From positions 17,152,784 to 17,216,783 of the forward strand of contig CM121341.1 of NCBI GenBank assembly GCA_051530055.1: DNA of 64,000 nt, given 5' to 3'. Positions 46,548-58,208 of the stretch are shown in pieces. Below the pieces are notes generated by a model that saw only the letters and a list, made by a program, of their open reading frames with translations, was not told the origin of the DNA and ran no database searches. This DNA is from Neoechinorhynchus agilis. Lineage: Eukaryota; Animalia; Acanthocephala. How positions within the stretch are numbered: position 1 is the first letter of the stretch; each line of letters begins with the position of its first letter. A program made the position numbers and the translations under genes.

Positions 46548-47284
46548 TTGTTCAGATATGCTTAAATAACGCAATAAATTAAAGTGTTTAACACGAGAAC
46601 GCCTTACGATGCGGCGATACGACTTCAGCGATTTTAAATCATTAACACCGAACCAAACACTCAATTGAGTTCGATAAGACCGACGTTATCTGCAAAGAAC
46701 AGAGAAAATTCCATCGACTGATAAAAAAGAGTCGATATTTCTATTGAAATGGCCAACACGATGGAACCGGGAACAAAGCAAAAGGTTGCATCCAATTACT
46801 TGTGGTTGATTTAAATGCACCCAGGGATGCAGCCTACAAAAGTGACGATTCCGGGTTCCCGAGTCAAAACGAAAAAAACATTTGGTGGGCGTTGCGACAA
46901 ATTCCTCTGTAGATTTTTTAGATTGAATTGATAAAATGACTGATTCAATCAGTCGAAATATATGCATTCGTCTTCAACGCGATCTCTCTCAGGTGTCGAA
47001 CCTAAATAACAACGTATCCAACCACCCGAATGCAATCCTTAATGTGATTTAAAAGTCCTTAAAATGTTGATTCAAAGTGAATTCAATCGAGAATTAGCCA
47101 TCAATCTTTCTTTTTTCCGTAATCTTTCCTTCGTGAAATATGCACTCCAACGTCCATTCGCCATAAAATATTATAAAGGAAGCGTTCCTCAAAAATAAGT
47201 TTATCAGTTCATTTAAGAACCTCCGAAAGTTTCACGTTTAATGAATTTGTAAAGAAGTTGTTCATAGATATTAATTTTATTAAT

Positions 47285-47345
47285 TCCCAATATTTTGTCC
47301 GTTTCGTTGGACTTCTTCAGATCTAAAAAGTAGGTCAGTGTGGCT
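47285..47345 (-). mobile_element. Solo decayed pLTR/hammerhead of the 35.8-kb family
   Basis: CUGAAGA-A-GUCC(AACGAAAC)GGAC-AAAA-UAUU (G12 mutated), flanked by ACCTACTTTTTAGATC, similar to 35841-35858. Confidence 0.65.
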
Positions 47346-47580
47346 TTATTTTGAGTTTTAGGCTATAATCTGCCTTAGCTTAAAATCAAACTCTAAAATA
47401 ACCAAAAAGTATTCTTAGGATTTTCTTGGATTACAGCACTCAAAGATACTGAATTACGGGTTCTTAATCTTTTATCAATTTATGATTGTCAGTTAGTATT
47501 CCTATACATTTTGCCCTCCAGAATACTCATTCATTATCGATCACTTTTTTCCAAAAAACCTATATAAACATGAACCTATA

Positions 47581-49401
47581 TCAATTCTTTTTTGAGCTCT
47601 TTCGTTCATCCCGACTTTTATTTCGAGTTCTTCTATTGTTGACAAGAGCCAAATCGCTACTGGCCGTTAAATTGGACTGATCAGCTCTTCGCGCACTCTT
47701 CTTAGAAGATTTGAGAGTGCTTATTTGCTTTTTGACCACTTTCACTTCATCCAAAATTTCTCTTAGAACGTCATTTGAGGTTGCCTGTGAAACTGCAGCC
47801 GCCCCATCGCTCATCGGGTATTTTGTTACCTTCCGTCCCACTTTCTCTTTTGTAGTATGACTTGAATCCCAGTTCGTCACAATTGGCATGTTCTCGAAAG
47901 CACTATCGCTGCTCTTAGAGCTTCGTCTTTCTCTTCCAATGGCAGTCTGTGGAATAATTCTTTGATTAACGGCACTCACTGGACTGATTGTCTCTAGGGT
48001 GAATCGTATTTCATTATGATGTGGATTGGGTACAGGGAAATTGTTCATGAGCATCGGACGTGGTCCTGGCGGTCCATTCACCGATGGTTTAGGAATGTAT
48101 CGATTGTAAATACCTCCAAATGGAGGTCGCAGCATTGGAAGTAGTGGAGCACTCGGATTGGCTACTTCTTCATGTAAAGTCGGTAGAGTATTTTGAGACG
48201 GTTGAGCTTCATGGAAACATCTTGCGACCATGGTTCGTGGGGATACAGAAACACTTCGGTTTCTAGGAAGAGAATCGTTGTCACGCTCACCCTTCTCGGT
48301 GATCATGAGACTTCGTCGATGTTTGTTATAGTTCGATTTGTGCCTTCTGCTCGTAGATTTCGTACTTTCGTTCCGTCTTCTCGATCCAGTAGTTTGTTCT
48401 ATGCATCTACTCACTCTATCTTCAGCGGGCAACTTCCGGTGAGTTCGGATAGTCAGTGGTGCCAATGAGAGATTTTTGAAATGATTTCGCCCTTTCAATG
48501 TTGATGAAGGCTCATTATTCGACGATCTATATTCGATCGAAGGCGGCTGAGGAACAAATAACGCCTGAGATTGCTGGTCCAGAGTTTGATAGCAGCCATT
48601 ATAATACCCACTGAAGTTTATCATTCGTGACAGTAGAGATCTAAGACGATCTGCCTCACCTTTTGACAACCCATAACTTAACATGGTTCGATACGTGCTC
48701 ATGGAATCTTTCGAAATGTTCGACGTATCAGCATTTAGCGACTTATAGAGCACATTAACAATCTCCGGATAGAAATGATCCACAAAAATTCCTTCTATAA
48801 CATTATATGGGATGGATATATTCGCACTGATATTGTAAAGATTGACTGGTTCCAACGGTGTTACCAGCATGGTTGTTTCGGTGAGTGAGATCGAAACTCG
48901 TGTTCCATATTGACTGGAATACTTGGCAACCTGTCGAATCACAGTTTCCATGTTTTGTCGGTTGCGATAATAGACTTCGTTGCAACCCAGGGCGGATGCG
49001 CTGAATTGATTGTATGGCGAATACTGATTGCTTGAATGGGCTTTATTTAAAAAGAAGGTGTTGGCCGATGTAATTGCTGATGGAACCGCTGTATTTTGTT
49101 GATGGACGTGGTAGTATTGATGTTGGTGATGGTAATGTGGACTATTCCATGAGGTGGTAGATAATGGTAGTTGGTACTGCTGCTGCTGCTGCGGAGTATG
49201 AAGGTACATTGCCTGCGTTTCACCTGAACTGCAAACGTGCGGTTGAACAAGTGCTGCCGAAACCAAGTAAAAGCTAGCAGCGCTTCCGTAGTCTGCTAGT
49301 GATTGAGGCTGAACGAATTCCATGTTATGGGCGCTGCAGAACATTAGTGAGACGAGTGCTGACGTTTTTAGAAAATGTGCGACGAGTGTTTGGGTCGTCA
49401 A
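47581..49401 (-). CDS. Hypothetical ~600-aa protein: Q/H-rich N-terminus, possible globular (PH/PTB-like) domain, basic disordered C-terminus
   Basis: Long uninterrupted ORF. The beta-rich segment ending in a helix (residues ~150-260) suggests a fold, which is inference only. Confidence 0.65.
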   Translation of the reverse strand: MTTQTLVAHFLKTSALVSLMFCSAHNMEFVQPQSLADYGSAASFYLVSAALVQPHVCSSGETQAMYLHTPQQQQQYQLPLSTTSWNSPHYHHQHQYYHVHQQNTAVPSAITSANTFFLNKAHSSNQYSPYNQFSASALGCNEVYYRNRQNMETVIRQVAKYSSQYGTRVSISLTETTMLVTPLEPVNLYNISANISIPYNVIEGIFVDHFYPEIVNVLYKSLNADTSNISKDSMSTYRTMLSYGLSKGEADRLRSLLSRMINFSGYYNGCYQTLDQQSQALFVPQPPSIEYRSSNNEPSSTLKGRNHFKNLSLAPLTIRTHRKLPAEDRVSRCIEQTTGSRRRNESTKSTSRRHKSNYNKHRRSLMITEKGERDNDSLPRNRSVSVSPRTMVARCFHEAQPSQNTLPTLHEEVANPSAPLLPMLRPPFGGIYNRYIPKPSVNGPPGPRPMLMNNFPVPNPHHNEIRFTLETISPVSAVNQRIIPQTAIGRERRSSKSSDSAFENMPIVTNWDSSHTTKEKVGRKVTKYPMSDGAAAVSQATSNDVLREILDEVKVVKKQISTLKSSKKSARRADQSNLTASSDLALVNNRRTRNKSRDERKSSKKN

Positions 49402-51886
49402 AGTAAGTGTATATGCGGCTATGAGTCAGATTTTAACCGGGACGGTTGTATGTCTGTCTGAAATGTGATAGGTTGGCAAATGGACGACTAGGTTATGGAC
49501 ACACTAATCGTTTATGGGAGGACCTCGAAAGGTGAAAAAAGAACTTTGATCTTTAATACAAAGTCGAGACTGGTGATCAAGAATTTGAAATTTATGAATG
49601 TTTGCGTGTTCTCGGAAAATTTGTTCCGGGATTGTGTTCATTTTGGATATCGAAGGCCGTGAAGTCGTTTAGAGTGGAGTTCGAAGCTGCGTCCGTGGCA
49701 TCTTCGTCAAGGTTTATCGATGAGTGCGTTATAGTGAATGGATTTTTACTGGCCGATTCCAGCATATAACCAGAATGATGCTCATCTTAGGAATCCGGAC
49801 TTTCCAAGCATTTGGTGCTGAAACAGGATTTTCATACCGTCAATGAGCGATTCCCTTGGCTTCTATTGGTTTCACCTTTGGGATACCATGGGGGGTTCAT
49901 CAGAGACATTGGAGAAAGGGTGGAAAAGGTAATAAGATGGAAGGCGAAAAATTCGAATGGAAATTTATGAAGCGAGCTGCATTCATTTTACACTTGTTCG
50001 AATTTAAAAAAAAGAAATGGAAAAATAGATCCATGCGCAATATTTCTTTGTGAACCAAAAACTAAATCCTCTCGTTACTAAAGATGAACGAGATAAAAAC
50101 CGGAATTTTACTTGGGGTTTTCTGTAAAAAACCACGCAAATACTCAGTCTTAGAGCGACGACTATAATTTTATCCAAACGTGTTGAGCTCGTCCCTTATT
50201 AGGAAAAAAAGTAAAAATTGTTAAGAATGTTAAAGATCCTTCAGTAATTTTTGATTTCTCAGATGAGTTCATTCCAATCTGACGGAGTCAACTAAACTGC
50301 CATGCATACACGATTTCGTTTTGCCTTTAAGTGTGGAACATAATAAAACGACTTTAAAACGTTGGTCTTAAAACGGACAGCAAAGTTTCTTTATGAAAGC
50401 ACTTTAAGGATTTTCCCCTTATTTTTTCCTCGACCAATACGACATGTGATCGATTTGCATATGAAGAACTCTACACATAACGACTTAATATACGTGAGTA
50501 TTGCTTTTCGAGTTCGATTCAATCTGTAAAAAACCATTACTAATGTCAGTTGGACGATGAACTGAAGCAGTCATTTTATGAGCATGGAGTATTCTGCGTA
50601 ATCATAATAATACGTTGGAGTTTCCATCTTAATCGGTGCCTTTTACTATTGCCTAAGCGCAACATTTTATTCTTTTTTTCAGAAATGTTTCTAAAAGGGA
50701 GAAACGTTCGTTGAATAGGACAACAGGCTTCGTCTACTGTTTTATCGATGATTTTCCATCCATTTCAACTGTTAGTTTCTCTCATTCCACCCAATAATAT
50801 TTCTAAAAATATAAAATTTTATTCTAAAATCATTCAATCCGCTGGTACTGATGGGCAAGCAATGCAGCAAAACTGGCTAAATAAACAACTGCTAAAATAG
50901 TCCAAATACTTTAAAAAGAAGCTAAGATGAGCAAGATGAGAAAAGGATAAATAATTTAACCATTGCATTGTGACACTTTTAGCGTTCGAAGAGTGATCTT
51001 TTAGTTCGTTTTGTGTCACAGATACATCGTCGTCTATATCTTGAACATTGTCACGCAATTTTCTTTGTCTCGCTAAGACTCCCTCAGTTTTATCTTGGGT
51101 CAGAACCTCACGTTTTCTTTTGAATAAACGGAAATAAAAACAGTGAACATTTCGGAGCTTCTAACCTTGTTTTTTGCCTTTGGATGGTGATGCCTTCTAA
51201 ATTACCTTCGATCACCAATTGAGAGAGAGCTTCAAGACGATCGCATAGGGGTCTTTGACCTTCCGTGTTTTGTACAATGGACGAATCAGGAGCAACGATT
51301 CTCGTCAATACGCGATAAGTAAAGACATTCTTCATGATTTTTTATATTTGACTTTGATTTAATCACACATAGTTTGCCATAGTAACGACGCGTTTCGCAT
51401 TAACTAACTCTGTTTCTGAACAAGGGCGAAAAAAAGGAATTTGAAATCTTTTAAAAAATCTAACAAATATTTCAGAAACTTTTGACGAGCATTAATAATC
51501 GGAAAAGAGCAAACACATTTTTTAAACACTAAATCCGATTATTCTTTTTTATTTGTCAAATATTTCGTAGACAATTGAGGAAAATTGATATTTAAAAAAG
51601 AACGGTTTGAAAATTACGTCCGACTCGCCTAGGTTTGCCCATGTCAGTTTTAGGACAAAGATTTACTTTAAAAGTATGTACGAGGATACAAAGTTTATGC
51701 TGGTTATCAGAATTACTATTGAAGGTATTATTACCCGGGTTCATAATACTATCGAAGAAAACTTTAAGATCTTTGCGAAGCCCCCACGAAAATACATTGA
51801 GTTTTTTCTAAATTAAGAAAAATGTTCATTTTTTGTAAATTAGGAGTCGACGAATCGCTGTGTACCTCGTGAAAAAGGAAGGTGGG

Positions 51887-52275
51887 ACGGACGCTTATAT
51901 GCAAATGGAAGTACACCCTGAAAGTCAAAAATTGTTGATCATCGCAACTCCTTGGGGATTATTTAAGTACACGAGACTTCCCTTCGGATTGTCGGTAGCG
52001 CCTCAGATATTTCAAAGATGGATAGATTCGATATTGAGTAGAATCGAAAATGTTGGGGCATACCTCGACGACATCATAGTGACAGGAAATACAGACACAG
52101 AGCATCGACGAAATTTAGAGATGATGTTAAAACGATTGCGCGATTTGAATGTCAACGTGGAACTGACGAAATGCCAACTTTTTAAGGATAAAGTCGAGTT
52201 TCTGGGATATAGGTTGAGGAATGGATGTATTGAAGCGAACGATGCGAAAATTAAGGATATCATGGATAGTCCGTC
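51887..52275 (+). mobile_element. Ty3/Gypsy LTR-retrotransposon RT fragment
   Basis: DAYMQM…TPWGLFKYTRLPFGLSVAPQIFQR…YLDDIIV…KCQLFKDKVEFLG. Confidence 0.9.
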
Positions 52276-53440
52276 GAGCAGATTTGCTCGAAGTACTTAG
52301 AGATCACGCACCAGAAGTATTTCGCTATTTCGTTAATGCCTATGGGACCTCAACTCCGTTGTTATTCAATAACCACGTTTTGTGGTCAGAAAGAGCAGTT
52401 CAACAAGGGGATCCTTTGGGGCCAATAGCTTTCTCACTCGCAGTCAATCTAGTCGCACACTCTCTCCAGTCCAGCTTTAACGGCAGGTACCTGGACGATG
52501 CAACGCTCGGAGGTACCCCCCGTTGTATTGCGCGATTTAAAGATACTCGTGAAGGAGACGGCGAAAATTGACATTGAATTGAATGCTCAAGCAGGTCCCC
52601 GTCAATGGTTGCAAACAATCAGTTTGGGAATCATCCTTGGTAGCGGGAATCAATAACTCTTTAGTTTCAGATTCTCGTGACCTGGTGAACCAAACTCGAT
52701 TGGCGGCAGTCTCTTCAAGAGAATCGGGTGCTTGACTCAACGCTCTCCCAATCGCTTATGTGAGTAGCCTTCTCTCCGACGAGACAGTAAAGATCGCAGT
52801 GTCCCCGAGACTTGAGGGAACCGTTGTACACATCCCATTGCTGCCGTTGCAGAGCGACCATGGAACCATCGGGACGCCATGGTCCCGTCTGTCGGCAATC
52901 AGGTTGAAGGTACACTCAAGACACGTCGAAGTGAACGAAATGCTCTTAGTCATGCCCTGAATACTGTGAATGAGCCGAACAACCTACAGCCGAGCAATCT
53001 TTGCAGACTGCATGGCCGCCGTAGACCGGACGGTGTCACAGTATTCCCGTGGCGAGGGGAGGCGAATGCCTTCTCTGGAACCTAACAGTCAGCAAAATAA
53101 AATTGGTCGCCGTCAAACCGGGGGCGGGAGTAGTATCCGTCGCTCAGGATTGCAAAAAGACAAAATACAGGGGCCTGAGTCGAAATCACTATTTCTTTCC
53201 TTATGGCGTCAGGACACTCGGCTCGCTTGCGCGCAGGACCTGGTCAAACAATTGCCGAGAGACCCAGACGAATCACTGGCGATCCGAGATCAGGAACATT
53301 CCTCCTACAAAACAAAAGTCTGGATGTGCAACAGGGGAACGCTGCATCCGTCATTTCGACCGTCACACCAAAGACTGCAGCTGAGTGATCAAGGGCAGTG
53401 GTGTAAATATTCGTAAATGCCTGTAAAAGCTGCAACTAAA
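52276..53440 (+). mobile_element. CRE element fragment: RT core (internally deleted) through RLE and 3' end
   Basis: VQQGDPLGPIAFSLA…FNGRYLDDATLGG, then KQSVW…RLAAVSS…RPDGVTVFPW. 52637-53440 is near-identical to 37620-38430. Confidence 0.9.
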
Positions 53441-53604
53441 ATAAATTTTGACTTGAATCGAAGAATATTTTGAAAGTGTGATTGTTTTCAAAAACAAGTA
53501 CGATGATCAATTATTTTCGAATGTGTTGACAAAACATCTTAGGTATAAAAGGAGCCGATTCATCGTTCAAAAGTTAACCGTCAATCTCTCATTCGAACGA
53601 CAAA

Positions 53605-54108
53605 ATGATTGCTTTTCTTTGCTTGATCGCCTTATCATCAGTCAGCTGCCGTAATCGCCGAGAAATCGCAATAAACAATGAATATTGGAACATCCGTGGA
53701 AATGATAGTTTCTCCAGTTTCGTCCGAGAAATGCTAAAACATGTGGAACAAAAAGAACTACAGCCCAAGTCCATCTTTGTGGTCTTCTACGATTCCGAAG
53801 AAACTTCTGAAGCTCTTAATGAGACGTTTAACAAAATTAAGGATGTCTGCCTGCAAGACAAGTTCATCAACGAAACACAGCTAATCAGGGCTTTTGTCGA
53901 ACCATTTGCGGAAGATGACTCCGAACCAATACGAAAAAAGGGATCGCTTGTTGTATCGGCATCAAGTGGTGAATACGATGGAAATGAAGAGCATTTCAGT
54001 CTTAAATCAGAAGTTCATTATTGGTCAAACTTTAATGAGACGTTGTTCACAAATGTTCTCGAAAAGTGCCATAAAAAATTGGCTAAGGAATTAGAAGGCG
54101 AGAATTGA
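53605..54108 (+). CDS. Intact copy C of the 167-aa secreted protein
   Basis: Differs from copy A at three residues (L11S, V88I, E155K by visual comparison). Confidence 0.8.
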   Translation: MIAFLCLIALSSVSCRNRREIAINNEYWNIRGNDSFSSFVREMLKHVEQKELQPKSIFVVFYDSEETSEALNETFNKIKDVCLQDKFINETQLIRAFVEPFAEDDSEPIRKKGSLVVSASSGEYDGNEEHFSLKSEVHYWSNFNETLFTNVLEKCHKKLAKELEGEN

Positions 54109-54179
54109 GCAATTCCTACTGAGAATTGCTCATTAGTAGTTTCGATGGTTCAATCCATCGCTAGTTAATAAATAGTTGG

Positions 54180-55045
54180 GCTTTTCGTGTTTTATAGAAA
54201 AAATGGAAACTGCCAAGCAATTAAACGCGTTGACAAAAACGCTCACTTATTTACAAAATTTTGATTTTCTCTCATTTAAAACGTTCGCTGCCACAATTCG
54301 TCTTGTCGCAAAAGAAAACCAATATCGAACACTCGAGCAAATCGCTTCCATGGTTCATTGAGTTTATGAACGAAACAAGTCGAACCTTCTTGGTAAAAAT
54401 TGTGGTGAAAACGGTTGAAAGGCGTTTTGATTGTTTGATGAAAATCTTATAAAGACATTTGGCGAGCGAGGGGAAATCAGCTGCGCAAATTTTAGAGGCG
54501 CTTCTAAAAATCGCTTCAAGGCGACGAATTATTAATTTGGAAAGGTTACAAAATACGGGGTAACCGTAGAGGAGGGATGGTAAGATAAAACAGAAGCAAA
54601 ATTTGTAGAGACCGGGTGAAGGGATTCCTAAATGACGGAGGCGTTTGAGGAGATAAATTTTAAAGGTGTTTAGCTTGAGGGAGAGAGTGATGTGCGAGTA
54701 ACAGTTCAAATTTGATTGAAATTGGATACACAGAATTCGCTGGGAAGTGACTCGTATGATGTCGTTTAGAAGCTCGGGGGAGAATGTGGGGTTGCGGGAG
54801 AGAGGTGAACATTTCGAAGCATTTAAGGAAATTGAGATGGAGTTGATGATTAATGCAGAAATCTTTTATGTGTGTGATTTCTTTAGAGATTAAGGAAAGG
54901 GAGAGGTGGGTCAGTGAATGGGTGATGAGGATGATATCGTCGGCGTATAAGAAGAGTTTAGAGTGAGATGAGGGAGGTTTGAGGTTGTTTAGAAAAATAT
55001 TAAAGAGAAGTGGTGACAGTACCGAACCTTGAGGTACGCCTTTGG
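54180..55045 (-). mobile_element. L2/CR1-group LINE RT fragment, frameshifted
   Basis: GVPQGSVLSPLLFNIF…LYADDII, then SHI…KIYLLKRLRHLG…ILPSLLYGYPVF. Confidence 0.85.
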
Positions 55046-55388
55046 CGGGGGATAGGCTGATAGAAGAGGCAGTGAATGAATTGTTGGCGAGGAAACGTTA
55101 CATCGGTTCTTTCGACCACTGTAAAAACGACAAGGGTGGCGTGAATATTTATAAACTATTAACTATAATAGAATATCTTCTTCGTTCTAATCAGAAGCAA
55201 AATGAGGAAATCGACCAACAATCACAGAGGAAAACTAACCTAATAGGCTATCCAGCCATGGAGCACCACGATTTTTACCCAGGAATAAATAAATCGAAAG
55301 AGACCCGCATATGAGCGCCATTCATGACGATGTAAGCGAAAGAAATTAAACCGGGATCCATTGCCGGCATTAAACTCGAATTCCTTTA

Positions 55389-57637
55389 GTGTACGAAATT
55401 ATTAGATTATTCACAGTGCCGAATGGTCGGTTTAACGAACTAACACGTTTTTTCTTGTTTTTTATTTGATTTTTTTATCGTGCTAAAATCGTGTATGAAA
55501 TTATTAAAATATTCGCAAAGTGCGATGCCGAATGGTCGTTGGAACGGACTAACAGGTTTTTTTATTTACTTTTTATTTTTTTATCGCGCTAAAATCGTGT
55601 ATGAAATTATTAAAATATTCGCAGTGCCGAATGGTCGTTTGAATGGGCTAACAGGTTTATTATTTAATTTTTTTACTTTATCGCCCTAAAATCGTGTACG
55701 AAATTATTAAATTATTCGCAGTGCCGAATTGTCGTTCGAACGGACTAACACTTTTTTTATTTAATTTTTATTTTTTTGCTTTATCGCGCTAAAATCGTGT
55801 ATGAAATTATTAACATATTCGCAAAGTGCCGAATGGTCGATTGAACGGACTAACACCTTTTTGATTGAATTTTTATCTTTTACTTTATCGCGCTAAAATC
55901 GTGTATGAAATTATTAAAATATTCGCAACGTGCCGAATGGTCGTTTTAATGGACTTGCGCGTTTTTTATTTAATTTTTATTTTTTTTACTTTATCGCGCT
56001 GAAATCGTGTATGAAATTATTAAAATATTCGCAAAGTGCCGAATAGTCGTTTGAATGGGCCAACAGGTTTTTTATTTAATTTCTTACTTTATAGCCCTAA
56101 AATCGTGTATGAAATTATTAAAATATTCGCAAAGTGCCGAATGATCGTTTGAACGGACTAACACCTTTTTGATTGAATTTTTATCTTTTACTTTATCGCG
56201 CTTAAATCGTGTATGAAATTATTAAAATATTCGCAACGTGCCGAATGGTCGTTTTAATGGACTTGCACGTTTTTTATTTAATTTTTATTTTTTTACTTTA
56301 TCGCGCTAAAATCGTGCATGAAATTATTAAAATATTCGCAAAGTGCCGAATTGTCGTTTTAACGAACAATCAGGTTTTTATTGATTTTTTTTACTTTATG
56401 GCGCTAAAATCGTGTAGGAAATTGTTAAAATATTCGCAAAGTGCCGAATGGTCGTTTTAATGGACTAACACGTTTTTTTTGAATTTTTATCTTATTTTTT
56501 TACTTTATCGCGCTAAAATCGTGTATGAAATTATTAAAATATTCGCAAAGTGCCGAATGGTCGTTTGAACGGACTAACACGTTTTTTCATTTAATTTTTT
56601 TACTTTATCGCGCTTAAATTGTGTATGAAATTATTAAAATATTCGCAAAGTGCCGAATGGTCGTTTAAATGGACTAACACCTTTTTTTATTGAAAGTTTA
56701 TTTTATTTTTTACTTTATCGCGCTAAAATCGTGTATGAAATTATTAAAATATTCGCAGTGCCGAATTGTCGTTTTAATGGACTTGCACGTTTTTTATTTT
56801 TTTTACTTTATGGCGCTAAAATCGTGTAGGAAATTGTTAAAATATTCGCAAAGTGCCGAATGGTCGTTTTAATGGACTAACACCTTTTTTTTTGAATTTT
56901 TATCTTATTTTTTTACTTTATCGCGCTAAAATCGTGTATGAAATTATTAAAATATTCGCAAAGTGCCGAATGGTCGTTTGAACGGACTAACACGTTTTTT
57001 CATTTAATTTTTTTACTTTATCGCGCTTAAATTGTGTATGAAATTATTAAAATATTCGCAAAGTGCCGAATGGTCGTTTGAACGGACTAACACGTTTTTT
57101 TTAATTTTTATTTTTTACTGTATCGCGCTTAAATCGTGTATGAAATTATTAAAATATTCGCAAAGTGCCGAGTGGTCGTTTGAACGGACTACCACGTTTT
57201 TTTAATTTGTTTTGATTTTTTATTTTATACCGCTAAAACCGTGCATGAAATTATTAAATTATGCGAAAAGTACCGAATGGTCGTTTTTACGTTTTTTATT
57301 GAATTTTTATTTTATTTTTTTCTTTATCGCGCTAAAATCATGTATGAAATTATTAAATTATTCGCCAAGTATCGAATGGTGGGTTGAACGGACTAACAGG
57401 TTTTTTATTTAATTTTTGTTTGATTTTTTACTGTATCGCGCTTAAATCAAGTGTGAAATTATTGAAATATTCGCAAAGTGCCGAATAGGCGTTTGAATGG
57501 ACTAACACGTTTTTTATTGAATTTTTATTTAATTATTTTTCTTGATCGTACTAAAATCGTATATGAAATTATTAGATTATTCGCAAAGTGCCGAATGGTC
57601 GTTTTAACGAACTAACACGTTTTTTATTGAATTTTTT
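55389..57637. repeat. Satellite/minisatellite array of ~22 units, mean period ~103 bp
   Basis: The anchor GTGCCGAATGG-like motif was counted 22 times between 55416 and 57588. Each unit has a conserved core (TACTTTATCGCGCTAAAATCGTGTATGAAATTATTAAAATATTCGCAAAGTGCCGAATGGTCG…) and a variable T-rich linker. Confidence 0.95.
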
Positions 57638-57850
57638 TAGATCTTTTTACACCGAAAAACCGATATGATGTATTTAGTAAACTAGTTTGAAAATAATAAC
57701 TCATTTGATCTCTGTACCCTGTTGCACGTCTTCGTTTTAGCGGACTAATACTTTTTATTGAATTTGAATTTTATAATATATTTTATGATCCTATTCTCAA
57801 AAAAACAAAATAATCATATTTTTTTATAATCTTAAACTATTTTTAAACTA

Positions 57851-58051
57851 TGTCGATATGTGATGTACCGTATAATTTGATTGAATTTATTGTTTAGGTC
57901 TACACCCTGTAAATGATTATTTATTAAAGACGTTTCGAACCTCGTCGGGTGATGGGTCCACTTGTATTTTAGAACTGATGATGAACCCGACGAGGTTCGA
58001 AACGTCTTTAATAAATAATCATTTACCGGGTGTAGACCTAAACAATAATTC
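57851..58051. mobile_element. Fold-back PLE-type insertion with a hammerhead, 64-bp arms and a 14-bp TSD
   Basis: Arms 57887-57950 and 57985-58048 (1 mismatch). TSD CTATTTTTAAACTA at 57837-57850 and 58052-58065. Plus-strand CUGAUGA-U-GAACC(CGACGA)GGUUC-GAAA-CGU-C. Confidence 0.85.
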
Positions 58052-58208
58052 CTATTTTTAAACTACCACAATGAGTCACATAAAAGTTCTCAAATAACTA
58101 GTAAATTAATCGAAAAATAAAAGATTGCGTGATGTTTCATACCGGTTCAACAAAAAGGCTTTGTTTCGTAACAGTCTCGTCCCCGGAAAATAATGTTATT
58201 TTAGACTA

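Noticed and set aside
49855-49905. Minus-strand CTGATGA…GGTGAAAC as a hammerhead
   Set aside because: Only a 3-bp stem II, with no valid NUH or stem I pairing.
55389-57637. Satellite as a CRISPR array or an SL-RNA gene array
   Set aside because: The inter-repeat segments are related T-rich linkers rather than unique spacers, the genome is eukaryotic and no cas genes are present. No clear Sm site or donor arrangement was seen, and the units are too short for an SL gene plus promoter.
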